Origin: Bacteriovoracia bacterium
GTDB taxonomy: Bacteria > Bdellovibrionota > UBA1018 > JBFWNL01
Direction: 5' to 3'
DNA: 64,000 nucleotides
NCBI GenBank assembly: GCA_050251055.1
Contig: JBFWNL010000003.1
Span: forward strand, 311,961 to 375,960
The position numbers and the translations under genes are program-made. Below the pieces are notes generated by a model. It ran no database searches. It worked only from the letters and a program-made list of their open reading frames with translations, and was not told the origin of the DNA. Numbering within the stretch: the stretch's first letter is position 1; each line of letters begins with the position of its first letter. Shown piece by piece: positions 38,946-47,565 of the stretch.

Positions 38946-41636
38946 ATGAAAGCCGCCGAAATCCGCACGAAATTCTTGGAATATTTCAAACGCAACGGCC
39001 ACACGGTGGTCGAAAGCTCTTCGCTCGTGCCCCAGAATGACCCCACGCTTCTGTTCACCAACGCCGGGATGAACCAATTCAAAGACTGCTTCCTGGGCAA
39101 GGAAAAGCGCGCCTACGTTCGCGCCACCACCTCCCAGAAATGCGTACGCGCCGGTGGCAAGCATAACGACCTCGAAAACGTGGGCTTCACCGCGCGTCAC
39201 CACACTTTCTTTGAAATGCTGGGGAATTTTTCCTTCGGCGACTACTTCAAGCCCGATGCCATTCGCTTCGCCTGGGAATTCATCACGAAGGAACTGAAGA
39301 TTCCGAAAGAAAAGCTCTACGTGTCGGTGTTCGAGCAGGACGACGAAGCCGCCGAGCTTTGGCATCAGCAAGAAGGCGTGCCGAAGGATCGCATTTATCG
39401 CTTAGGCGAAAAGGACAACTTCTGGGCCATGGGCGACACCGGCCCCTGCGGACCCTGCACGGAAATTTACGTCGACCGTGGCGAGAAATACGGCTGCGGA
39501 AAACCCACCTGCAAGCTCGGTTGCGATTGCGATCGCTACATGGAGATCTGGAACCTGGTCTTCATGCAGTTCAATCGCGACGCCTCCGGTACGCTGAACC
39601 CGCTCCCGAAGCCCGCCGTCGATACCGGCGCAGGTTTGGAGCGCATCGCCTCCGTCATCCAGGAAGTGGACAGCAACTACGACACCGACCTTTTCCGCGA
39701 CATCATGGACAAGACCGGCAAGCTCGCGGGCCAGCCGTATAGCCCGAAGGCCGAGAACGCGGCCTCGTTCCGCGTGATCGCCGACCACTCGCGCGCGACC
39801 GCATTTCTCATTGGCGACGGCGTCATGCCTTCGAACGAAGGCCGCGGTTACGTCCTCCGCCGTATCATGCGCCGAGCGATCCGCCACGGCAAGAAGCTCG
39901 GGCTGAACGCCCCGTTCCTACACAAGACCGCCGGTTACGTAATCGACCAAATGCGCGACGCGTATCCCGATCTCGAAGGTAAACGTAAATTCATCGAAAA
40001 AGCCGTGCTCGCCGAGGAAGAGCAGTTCTTCAAGACGCTCGAGCGTGGACTCGCGCTTTTGGACGAAGAAACAAGCAAGCTAGGTGGTAAGAAAACGCTC
40101 TCGGGCGACGTCGTCTTCAAACTCTACGATACTTACGGCTTTCCGCTCGACCTCACCCGCGTGATCTGCGCGGAGCGAGAGATAGGCGTGGACGAAGCGG
40201 GCTTCGAAGCCGCCATGGCGAAGCAGCGTGCGGAATCACGCAAGAATTGGAAGGGCTTGGGCGACGCCGCCATCGAGGCCGATTACTTCAAGCTTGCCGA
40301 CGAGCTGCGGGCAAAGAAATCGATGCCGCAGTTCGTGGGTTACGAGAAAGGCCGCGCCACTTCGAAGTGCGTGGGGCTTTTCATCCGTACCGAAAAGGAA
40401 TTCCAACGCGCCGATCTCTTCACGATGCCGGCTCCCAACTCGGGTGGCGAAGCGCCGCTGGTCGAAGCTGTCTTTGCCGAAACGCCATTCTACGGTGAAA
40501 GCGGCGGCCAGGTCGGGGACCAAGGTTACATTACGGGCGAAGGGTTTGAAGGCGAAGTGATCGACGTGCAGCGCCCGGGCGGCGACCTCATCGTGGCCAA
40601 GATCAACCCTAAAAAAGGCGCGCTCAAGGTCGGCGGAACTTATACGCAAGAAGTGCACGCCGAGTTACGCGCATTGACCGCGCGTAACCACACGGCAACC
40701 CACCTCCTGCATTGGGCTCTGCGCAAGCTGTTGGGTGAACACGTCAAGCAAGCGGGCTCGATCGTGACGCCGGAGCTTTTGCGTTTTGACTTCTCGCACT
40801 TCCAGGCCCTCACCGCCGACGAGCTCCTGAAGCTCGAGGACATGATCAACGAAAAAATTTGGGCCGCGCAAGCCGTGCAGAAGCGCGAAATGAAGAAAGA
40901 CGCCGCCGTCGCCGCGGGCGCTATCGCATTCTTCGGCGAGAAGTACGGTGACCTCGTACGCGTCGTGAGCGTGGGAGATTTTTCGACCGAGCTCTGCGGC
41001 GGCACCCATGTCGACAATTCGGGCGACATTCACTTATTTAAGATCGGCAGCGAATCGGGCATCGCCGCGGGTGTGCGCCGGATCGTCGCCTATACCTCAA
41101 AGGGCGCGTTCAACTATCTGCGCGCGCGCGACGAAGAGATCAAGGGGCTGCGCGATCGGCTCAAGGCTTCGTCCACGGACGAGATCATGGGCAAGGTCGA
41201 CAAACTCTTTGCCTCGGAAAAAGAGCTTCGGCGCAAGATCGAACAACTGCAGGCCCAAAGCGCGGGGGATGAAGCCAAAAACCTCATCCAATCGGCCACC
41301 AGTGGGGCGGGCTTCCGCTTTGTGAGCGGAATTTGCGTACCCGACGCCGCAGGTATGAAGAAGATGCGCGATCTCACCGACAGCATCAAACAACAGGCGC
41401 CGGACAGCGTGACCGTGATCGGGATGAAAGATCCCGATGGTGGCAAAGCCTACGTTATGGCTGCGGTGGGCCCGAAAGCCTCGGGCGTGGCCAAAGCAAA
41501 CGAGATCATCCAGAAAATCGCACCCCTGATCGAAGGACGCGGGGGTGGCAAACCCGAACTCGCCCAGGCGGGCGGAACGAAGCTCGATGGACTAGAGGCG
41601 GCTCTGAAGGCCGCGCGAGACCTCGTGCTCAAATAG
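38946..41636 (+). CDS. alaS: Alanyl-tRNA synthetase
   Basis: DPTLLFTNAGMNQFK, RHHTFFEMLGNFSFGDYFK, NHTATHLLH, ELCGGTH, GGGKPELAQAGG. Confidence 0.99.
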   Translation: MKAAEIRTKFLEYFKRNGHTVVESSSLVPQNDPTLLFTNAGMNQFKDCFLGKEKRAYVRATTSQKCVRAGGKHNDLENVGFTARHHTFFEMLGNFSFGDYFKPDAIRFAWEFITKELKIPKEKLYVSVFEQDDEAAELWHQQEGVPKDRIYRLGEKDNFWAMGDTGPCGPCTEIYVDRGEKYGCGKPTCKLGCDCDRYMEIWNLVFMQFNRDASGTLNPLPKPAVDTGAGLERIASVIQEVDSNYDTDLFRDIMDKTGKLAGQPYSPKAENAASFRVIADHSRATAFLIGDGVMPSNEGRGYVLRRIMRRAIRHGKKLGLNAPFLHKTAGYVIDQMRDAYPDLEGKRKFIEKAVLAEEEQFFKTLERGLALLDEETSKLGGKKTLSGDVVFKLYDTYGFPLDLTRVICAEREIGVDEAGFEAAMAKQRAESRKNWKGLGDAAIEADYFKLADELRAKKSMPQFVGYEKGRATSKCVGLFIRTEKEFQRADLFTMPAPNSGGEAPLVEAVFAETPFYGESGGQVGDQGYITGEGFEGEVIDVQRPGGDLIVAKINPKKGALKVGGTYTQEVHAELRALTARNHTATHLLHWALRKLLGEHVKQAGSIVTPELLRFDFSHFQALTADELLKLEDMINEKIWAAQAVQKREMKKDAAVAAGAIAFFGEKYGDLVRVVSVGDFSTELCGGTHVDNSGDIHLFKIGSESGIAAGVRRIVAYTSKGAFNYLRARDEEIKGLRDRLKASSTDEIMGKVDKLFASEKELRRKIEQLQAQSAGDEAKNLIQSATSGAGFRFVSGICVPDAAGMKKMRDLTDSIKQQAPDSVTVIGMKDPDGGKAYVMAAVGPKASGVAKANEIIQKIAPLIEGRGGGKPELAQAGGTKLDGLEAALKAARDLVLK

Positions 41637-41816
41637 CGATGTGGCCCCCAGCCCAGACCCCATTTAAACCGGCCTCTTAAAAAACCTAAGTCTTTTCCGC
41701 TACCTTCAGTCGTTAAAGTCGGGTGCCTCGGCTCGTTTCGCGCCCACGCCCTTGACGGGCGTCTAGGTCTTAAACACCCCGACGAGGGAAAACCGAGAGA
41801 TTTCGGGGGAACCGAA

Positions 41817-41834
41817 TTGGTCCACCCATTGCTA
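41817..41834 (+). promoter_or_regulatory. Sigma-54 promoter in the alaS-SBP intergenic region
   Basis: TTGGTCCACCCATTGCTA: GG(41819-20)-N10-GC(41831-32) with TTGCT. Confidence 0.6.
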
Positions 41835-41843
41835 TTTCATAGG

Positions 41844-42053
41844 GGTAAGGGGTGGCATACATGCCAAAAGGGACGTTGTGCCTAAAGCACGGCTCCGTCT
41901 TCTAGAAAAATTCGATTAGTTTTTCCGGTCTTCAACAGAACCTGACCCCTCCCACCCGTTGAATACCGGGGAAAAGTGCGGCAGAGGAATAGCTACGCCT
42001 TGGATGGCGTGGCGAATCGGACCAACCATTCCTCTGTCGCATTCTTTTTTTTT
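41844..42053 (+). ncRNA. Candidate structured small RNA (about 210 nt), possibly with a 14-codon ORF
   Basis: Upstream sigma-54 site; four hairpins including 41921-41975 with a C-rich loop and a 14-bp stem 41977-42041 followed by T9; no long ORF. Confidence 0.55.
41977..42053 (+). terminator. Branched terminator-like stem with U-tract
   Basis: TGCGGCAGAGGAAT / ATTCCTCTGTCGCA then TTCTTTTTTTTT. Confidence 0.65.
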
Positions 42054-42069
42054 GCGATACTTTTTTTTC

Positions 42070-43875
42070 ATGAAAAATTCTGCAAGAGACTTCAAGCGAG
42101 CTCGTTCGTTTTTCGCACTGGCTTGCTTAACCGCCGCGCTCTTGGGTTGTTCCGGCGGCTCCCGCCGCGACGCCCATCTCTCCACGTTCCGTTACGTCCA
42201 ATATGACGATGTTAAGAACATGGATCCGGGCCTTGCCTACGATTCCATCAGCTGGGATGTGCTGCCATTGATCTACGAGTCCCTCTTCCAGTATTCCTAC
42301 CTCGACGATCCCTATAAAGTAGTGCCGCTCATCGCGGCCGATTTACCAAGCTACTCCAAGGACCGCAAAACCGTCACCATTCGCATTCGCAGGGGCATTC
42401 ACTTCCAAGATGATCCCGCATTCCCGGGCGGAAAGGGCCGCGAAGTCACGGCGCAAGACTTCATTTACCAATTCAAGCGACTGGCCCTACCCGCTACGAA
42501 TTCCCAAGGTAGCTGGGTATTCGAAGACAAGGTCGAAGGCTTCAAGGAGTTCCGCGCCCGCTTGATTGGAAAAAAGAAGGAAGAAGCCCAGTTGATCTTC
42601 AAGGTGGGCGTGCCCGGGTTTGTGGCCGTAGACTCGCATACGCTCGAAATTCACCTGTTGAAGCCATACCCCCAGCTCTTGAACGTGCTGTGCACTCCCT
42701 TCACGGCGCCCATGGCGGCGGAGGTGGTGGCGAAGTACGGGGACGAGCAAGGCATCGTGGGCGACCATCCGGTCGGCACGGGGCCGTTCGTGCTAAAGGA
42801 ATGGCGTCGCAGTAGCCGCATTACGCTCGATCGCAACCCCACCTATCATCCGGAGTTCTATCCCACCGAAGGGCATGCCCGTTACCGTGACCAGGGCTTG
42901 CTCGCCGATGCCGGAAAAACATTACCTTTTCTGGACCGCATCGTGTTTCAAATCGTGAAAGAAACCCAACCCGCGTGGCTGGGATTTCTCAAAGGGGACT
43001 ACGACGTCACCCTCATCCCTAAAGACGTGTATAGCCAAGCCATCCAAAACAAGACCGAACTCGCCCCAGATCTCGTCGCGAAGGGAATCCAGCTCAGCGT
43101 CGACCAAAATGAAGTCATGTGGTTCATCTCCTTCAATATGCGCGATCCCCTGGTGGGTAAAAACAAGTACTTGCGTCAAGCGCTGGCTTCGGCGATCGAT
43201 CGCAAGAAATACATCGAGCTCTTCACCAATAATCGGGGTATCGAACAGACCCACGTGCTCCCTCCCGGCATCGAAGGAAGGCCCGAGAATCCGAAATACA
43301 AATTCGGCTACGACCTGGCGCGCGCGAAAGCGCTCCTGGCCAAGGCCGGATATCCCGGCGGGAAGAAACTGCCGGAGCTGGTTTTTGATATGCGCGGATC
43401 CAACAGTACCAATCGACAGATTGCCGAATACATCGCCCACCAGTGGTCCCAAATCGGCGTGAAGACGAAAGTCGTACTGAACACATTCCCGGGCTTCCTA
43501 GAGAAGAAAACCCAGGGCAACCTGCAGACTTCCTTCGGAGGCTGGCACCTGGACTACCCGGATGCCGAGAACGCCTTCCAGGTGCTCTATGGTCCAAACC
43601 AATCGCCTGGTCCGAACGAGCCCAACTTCGATCATCCGGAGTTCAACAAACTCTTTGAAAAAATGGCCTCAATGACGCCCGGGCCCGCGCGCAGCGCCGT
43701 CATTCAAAAAATGGAAGACATTGTGCAGGAAGAATCGCCTTGGGCATATCTCTACTACCCCATGCTCTACACGCTCGCGCAAGGGAACGTGAAGAACTAT
43801 CGAGCATCCGAGCTGATCATTAATCGCTTCAAGTATCTTCGCATGGAGAAAGCCGGCGCGACTGCCGGGCATTAA
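42070..43875 (+). CDS. ABC transporter substrate-binding lipoprotein (family 5, OppA/DppA-like), orphan
   Basis: Lipobox LLGC; MDP..AYD, YESL, VTAQDF.Y, PVGTGPF, LRQAL..AIDR, YDLARAKALL, W..DYPD. Confidence 0.92.
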   Translation: MKNSARDFKRARSFFALACLTAALLGCSGGSRRDAHLSTFRYVQYDDVKNMDPGLAYDSISWDVLPLIYESLFQYSYLDDPYKVVPLIAADLPSYSKDRKTVTIRIRRGIHFQDDPAFPGGKGREVTAQDFIYQFKRLALPATNSQGSWVFEDKVEGFKEFRARLIGKKKEEAQLIFKVGVPGFVAVDSHTLEIHLLKPYPQLLNVLCTPFTAPMAAEVVAKYGDEQGIVGDHPVGTGPFVLKEWRRSSRITLDRNPTYHPEFYPTEGHARYRDQGLLADAGKTLPFLDRIVFQIVKETQPAWLGFLKGDYDVTLIPKDVYSQAIQNKTELAPDLVAKGIQLSVDQNEVMWFISFNMRDPLVGKNKYLRQALASAIDRKKYIELFTNNRGIEQTHVLPPGIEGRPENPKYKFGYDLARAKALLAKAGYPGGKKLPELVFDMRGSNSTNRQIAEYIAHQWSQIGVKTKVVLNTFPGFLEKKTQGNLQTSFGGWHLDYPDAENAFQVLYGPNQSPGPNEPNFDHPEFNKLFEKMASMTPGPARSAVIQKMEDIVQEESPWAYLYYPMLYTLAQGNVKNYRASELIINRFKYLRMEKAGATAGH

Positions 43876-44921
43876 GCCGCTTTGCTGCCGCGATGAAAAA
43901 CCGCGTCCAGCAGCTGCACGAGCTGACGGTCATACTTGCCCACTTCTGATTGGATGATGTGAATCGCTTGCTCAACCGTATAAGCCGGACGGAAAGGGCG
44001 ACGGCTGATCAGGGCGCTGAATGCATCGGCGATGGCCACGATCTTGGCCGGGTAATAAATCACGTTATTCTTTAGGCCGTTGGGATACCCGTTCCCGCTC
44101 GGTTCCTCGTGGTGTTGGTACACGATGTAACGCACTTCATCCGGAACGGAAGGGGTGTTCTCGATCATGCGCAAACCCAGTTTCGGGTGCGTTCGCATCT
44201 CTTTCCACTCCGTCGGTGTCAGATCGCGCATCGCCTCGGTCACCTCTTTGGGTAGCTGCGTTTCTCCGATGTCGTGCAAAAATCCGCCTAGGCCCACGAT
44301 CTCTAGAGTTCGGCGGTTAAACTGACCCGTAGCTTTGGCGATAAACATGCTAAAAATAGCCGTGGCGATCGAATGATAGTAAAGATAGTCGCCGTGGGAA
44401 GCGAGCTTCAGCAAGATATCGAGCGTATTGCTCGACTCGCCCATCAACTCAACGTAGTGATGGATCACCCGCCGGGTATTCTCCGCAGTTTCGTTCGGCA
44501 CGTCGAGCTGGGTGAAAAGCTCAGTCATGTTCTGCTCCGTCATATTGAGCAGGATGGCGATCTTGTGTTCGTTTGAGGTCTCGGGGTTCTGGAAGACCAC
44601 GTCGGCGGTCTTGGCAATGAACTCCTCGAACTTGCCACGGTCATCTAGCTTAATGAAGACTTCCTTCACGCCCTTTTGAATATATTGCGCGAGGCGCTTG
44701 TAATCGAGTCCAGTGGTGCGCGAAAAGACGTGCGCGAAGTTGGCTTCGGAGAGCCTTAAATAAATATCGAACGAGATATCCCGCGTGGCGTAGCGAAATT
44801 TTTCGATGTCCACGCTGAAAAAACTTTCCGGTACGTGGATGTTCTCGGCCGTCATACGCGGGGCAGTCTCCTTCTTCATCCTTCTCGGACGATCCTTCAG
44901 AGAACTTGAGTTTTTTGCCAC
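43872..44921 (-). CDS. HD-GYP domain protein (c-di-GMP phosphodiesterase class)
   Basis: YYHS, FLHDIG, HP..G, QHHEEPSGNGYP, IADAFSAL.SRRPFR. Confidence 0.9.
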   Translation of the reverse strand: MAKNSSSLKDRPRRMKKETAPRMTAENIHVPESFFSVDIEKFRYATRDISFDIYLRLSEANFAHVFSRTTGLDYKRLAQYIQKGVKEVFIKLDDRGKFEEFIAKTADVVFQNPETSNEHKIAILLNMTEQNMTELFTQLDVPNETAENTRRVIHHYVELMGESSNTLDILLKLASHGDYLYYHSIATAIFSMFIAKATGQFNRRTLEIVGLGGFLHDIGETQLPKEVTEAMRDLTPTEWKEMRTHPKLGLRMIENTPSVPDEVRYIVYQHHEEPSGNGYPNGLKNNVIYYPAKIVAIADAFSALISRRPFRPAYTVEQAIHIIQSEVGKYDRQLVQLLDAVFHRGSKAA

Positions 44922-44978
44922 GTCATTATCTTGGCCTGATCCGCATAACTCTACGAATTCATGCGGGTCACGAAGGAC

Positions 44979-45006
44979 TCAGGCCCTAGGTGGCATTTGC
45001 CGATAG
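44979..45006 (+). promoter_or_regulatory. Sigma-28 (FliA)-like promoter
   Basis: TCAGG-N15-GCCGATAG upstream of the 45097 gene. Confidence 0.55.
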
Positions 45007-45096
45007 GAAATTGAAGCCGACGGAAATGGCTTCCTACACAACGTAATGCCAAGGAGGCGCTTTATGGACGAACCGAGCTAGACACAAGGAGATGTC

Positions 45097-45516
45097 ATGC
45101 GTAAACAACTCACGCAAATCACGTTTATCGTGGCGGCCGTAGCGACGGCGTTGCTCATCAATCTCTCCCAGGGATTCGCGGCACCGAAGGATTTCTTCGT
45201 GTACAGCGTCTACACGGGATTGAACATGGGCAACCCCGACGAAGCGACCCGCCGGGACTACTATATCAACATGGGCACCAACCAAGGCCTTCGACCGGGC
45301 AGCGTACTGGAAGTCTTTCGTAAGACTTCCACGTATGACCTTGTAAACAAAAAACTCTACAAGGACATGACGCTGCCCTTTGCGAAGATCAAAGTGATCC
45401 ACGTCGAGGAAGACGCCGCCGTCGCGCGTTTGGAAGAGATACTGCCAAACGACAAGAGCGCCGTCGTAGCCCCGCGGGCCGTCATCGTCGGTGACTTCGT
45501 CAAGACCGCGAAATAG
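45097..45516 (+). CDS. Exported protein resembling the FlgT C-terminal-type beta domain
   Basis: AAGGAG RBS, signal peptide, YINMGTNQGLRPG..LEV...AKIKVIHVEEDAAVA...VGD.V. Confidence 0.65.
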   Translation: MRKQLTQITFIVAAVATALLINLSQGFAAPKDFFVYSVYTGLNMGNPDEATRRDYYINMGTNQGLRPGSVLEVFRKTSTYDLVNKKLYKDMTLPFAKIKVIHVEEDAAVARLEEILPNDKSAVVAPRAVIVGDFVKTAK

Positions 45517-45525
45517 AGAAGAGAC

Positions 45526-45909
45526 CTACTCCGCAACGACCGAAGCCAAGGGAGCCGTCCGTCCCGGCAGGAAGTTTACCTCGCGCGCACTGATCTCGAA
45601 GGACTGGCGAGGGTTACCGTCCTTGTCTTCGTACTTGCGAGATTTGATCGAGCCTTCCACGTAGACGGCGCGGCCCTTCTTAAGGTACTGCGCGCAGGCT
45701 TCGGCTTGTCTTCCCCAGGCTACGACCTGATGCCACTGGGTCACGGCTTTTTCTTCGCTGCCAGTGTCGTCACTTTCGTCCGCCGCCCGGGTCAACCTAC
45801 GCTCGGTAGCCACGGATAAGCGCACAACCGTTTTGCCGCTTTTCGTCTCGCGGCGAATCGGATCGGCGCCCAACCTTCCCATCAGTATTACTTTATTTAC
45901 GTCTTTCAT
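45526..45909 (-). CDS. ssb: Single-stranded DNA-binding protein, short form lacking the acidic tail
   Basis: VNKVILMGRLGADP, QWHQVVAWG, YLKKG..VYVEG. GAGGTG RBS before ATG 45909. Confidence 0.92.
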   Translation of the reverse strand: MKDVNKVILMGRLGADPIRRETKSGKTVVRLSVATERRLTRAADESDDTGSEEKAVTQWHQVVAWGRQAEACAQYLKKGRAVYVEGSIKSRKYEDKDGNPRQSFEISAREVNFLPGRTAPLASVVAE

Positions 45910-46037
45910 TTTCACCTCGGACTTCCGCAGGTGCACCCCGTGGGCCAAGGTCCCGCGTCGCATATTCGCTTGCGCTTCCAAACTCCGACACGATGTCTTT
46001 CATTCAGATCCGATCTTTCGATGACGATAAGAGTTAT

Positions 46038-47432
46038 GTGAGATTTCTTTTCTATTCTACGACTTTCGCAATCTCCCTGGTCTGCTTTGCGCACGCGGTC
46101 ACCCCCGAAGAAAAAGCCGTTGCCGACTTTCTCAATACCCAAACCACCATCCGCGTCGGAATCAGCCAAGCACCCGGAAATGGTCACCAGTCGGCCAGCG
46201 TGATCCTGATCAAACGTTTGCGCGAAATTGGGTACACGGGAAAAATCGAAGCTATTTACTCCGAAGCCAAAGACGGACGCGAGAAACTTGGATTCCTCCT
46301 GCCGGGATTCAATCCCAAGGGGCCCGATGTCCAGCATCTGGATAACCTCAACCTAGATCTCATCACCGCAACCGAGTTCCTTCGGTCCAATCCGAAGCCC
46401 GTCCCGATCGGCATGAGCGGAGCCTTGGATGCGGTCGCCGATTTCGATTTGGAAACCACCCACTATCTCCAGCTTCAACCCTATACATGGGGGGCGGACC
46501 ATTTCGTTTTGTATCGCAAAGAAGACGGACGACTCGAACGGGTCAATCTGAATCACCTAAGGAGCCAAGGTGTGCGTATGCAAACGAGCGTCGGACCACC
46601 CGCTACCCAGCTCACGGAAAACCTACCTGGAGTACGCGCGCTGCTCGAAAACCCATCGCGATTCGATTGGATGCCCATCTACGGGCGCTCGGATCAGCCC
46701 TACAAAGTCGCGATGCAGGCGGTTGCCGCCCAGGCCGCCCAAGCCCATAAACCCGCGGCGTTTCGCGGCCCCGTAATCGTACCCGTTTTTTCTAAATTTA
46801 CCTCCGCCGACGAGGCCGATATCCGCCAATTGGCCACCCAATGGGCCAAGGAGCCCAGCAAATTGAAGTTTTGCCGGGCCGACGATCCAAGCCTAAGCGC
46901 GATCCGCTCCTCGCTAAAGGCGGGCGAAACCTTGATCGTCTTTATCGGCAATGTGCCCCCTGAAGTCTTCAACCACTTTCTTGACCTGAGCACCTTGCCC
47001 GCGAGCGTAGCCGGCAAGAACGCCATGAACTATATGCTCAACGTCGGAAAACCATTTCAAATCACTTCCCAAGATAAAACCCATATCCAAGCGGTCGCCG
47101 AAGCCGCGAAAAGCCTCTCCCCCTCTGAACAAGAAGGGGTGGTAACCCAGTTACGCACGGTCCATTCCGCACTCGATCTTGACCTCGTACCGATGGCTCC
47201 CGATTTGAAGGCACTGACCGATTACTATCTATCGGCTCTCGATCCCGCAGACCCCATGCACGCGGCTTTCCGTATGACGGGCGAGACCCATCGACAAAAC
47301 GACAAACTCTCGGCGGGACTGTTGCGATTCAAAGAACTCATCGAACCGTCAGTCACTCGCGCGAAATTAGAAGGGCACTGCGTAACCACGGTCGTTTCCG
47401 AGGCGGTGAGAAACTACCTTATGCCGCTATAA
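46038..47432 (+). CDS. Secreted hypothetical protein, possibly GT-B-fold-like
   Basis: Signal peptide from GTG 46038 (VRFLF...FAHA); APGNGHQ near the N-terminus; FIGNVP.EVF..F...LP...AG.N..N...N.GKPF late motif. Confidence 0.6.
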   Translation: MRFLFYSTTFAISLVCFAHAVTPEEKAVADFLNTQTTIRVGISQAPGNGHQSASVILIKRLREIGYTGKIEAIYSEAKDGREKLGFLLPGFNPKGPDVQHLDNLNLDLITATEFLRSNPKPVPIGMSGALDAVADFDLETTHYLQLQPYTWGADHFVLYRKEDGRLERVNLNHLRSQGVRMQTSVGPPATQLTENLPGVRALLENPSRFDWMPIYGRSDQPYKVAMQAVAAQAAQAHKPAAFRGPVIVPVFSKFTSADEADIRQLATQWAKEPSKLKFCRADDPSLSAIRSSLKAGETLIVFIGNVPPEVFNHFLDLSTLPASVAGKNAMNYMLNVGKPFQITSQDKTHIQAVAEAAKSLSPSEQEGVVTQLRTVHSALDLDLVPMAPDLKALTDYYLSALDPADPMHAAFRMTGETHRQNDKLSAGLLRFKELIEPSVTRAKLEGHCVTTVVSEAVRNYLMPL

Positions 47433-47565
47433 ACGACGATCGGGCGGCAACCTATCCCCGGCTGTTTACACCTGCTTACATCCAGACGAGCAAAGTCTCA
47501 GATGACACACAAGGATCCGCGCTACCCCGCTCTAGGATGGAGAAGTTAGGGAGGCCGGGGCAAAA

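Noticed and set aside
41640-42060. c-di-GMP-I riboswitch, T-box, 6S, SRP, RNase P or tmRNA identity for the intergenic RNA
   Set aside because: I could not find their hallmark motifs or overall folds by eye; an Rfam scan is still needed.
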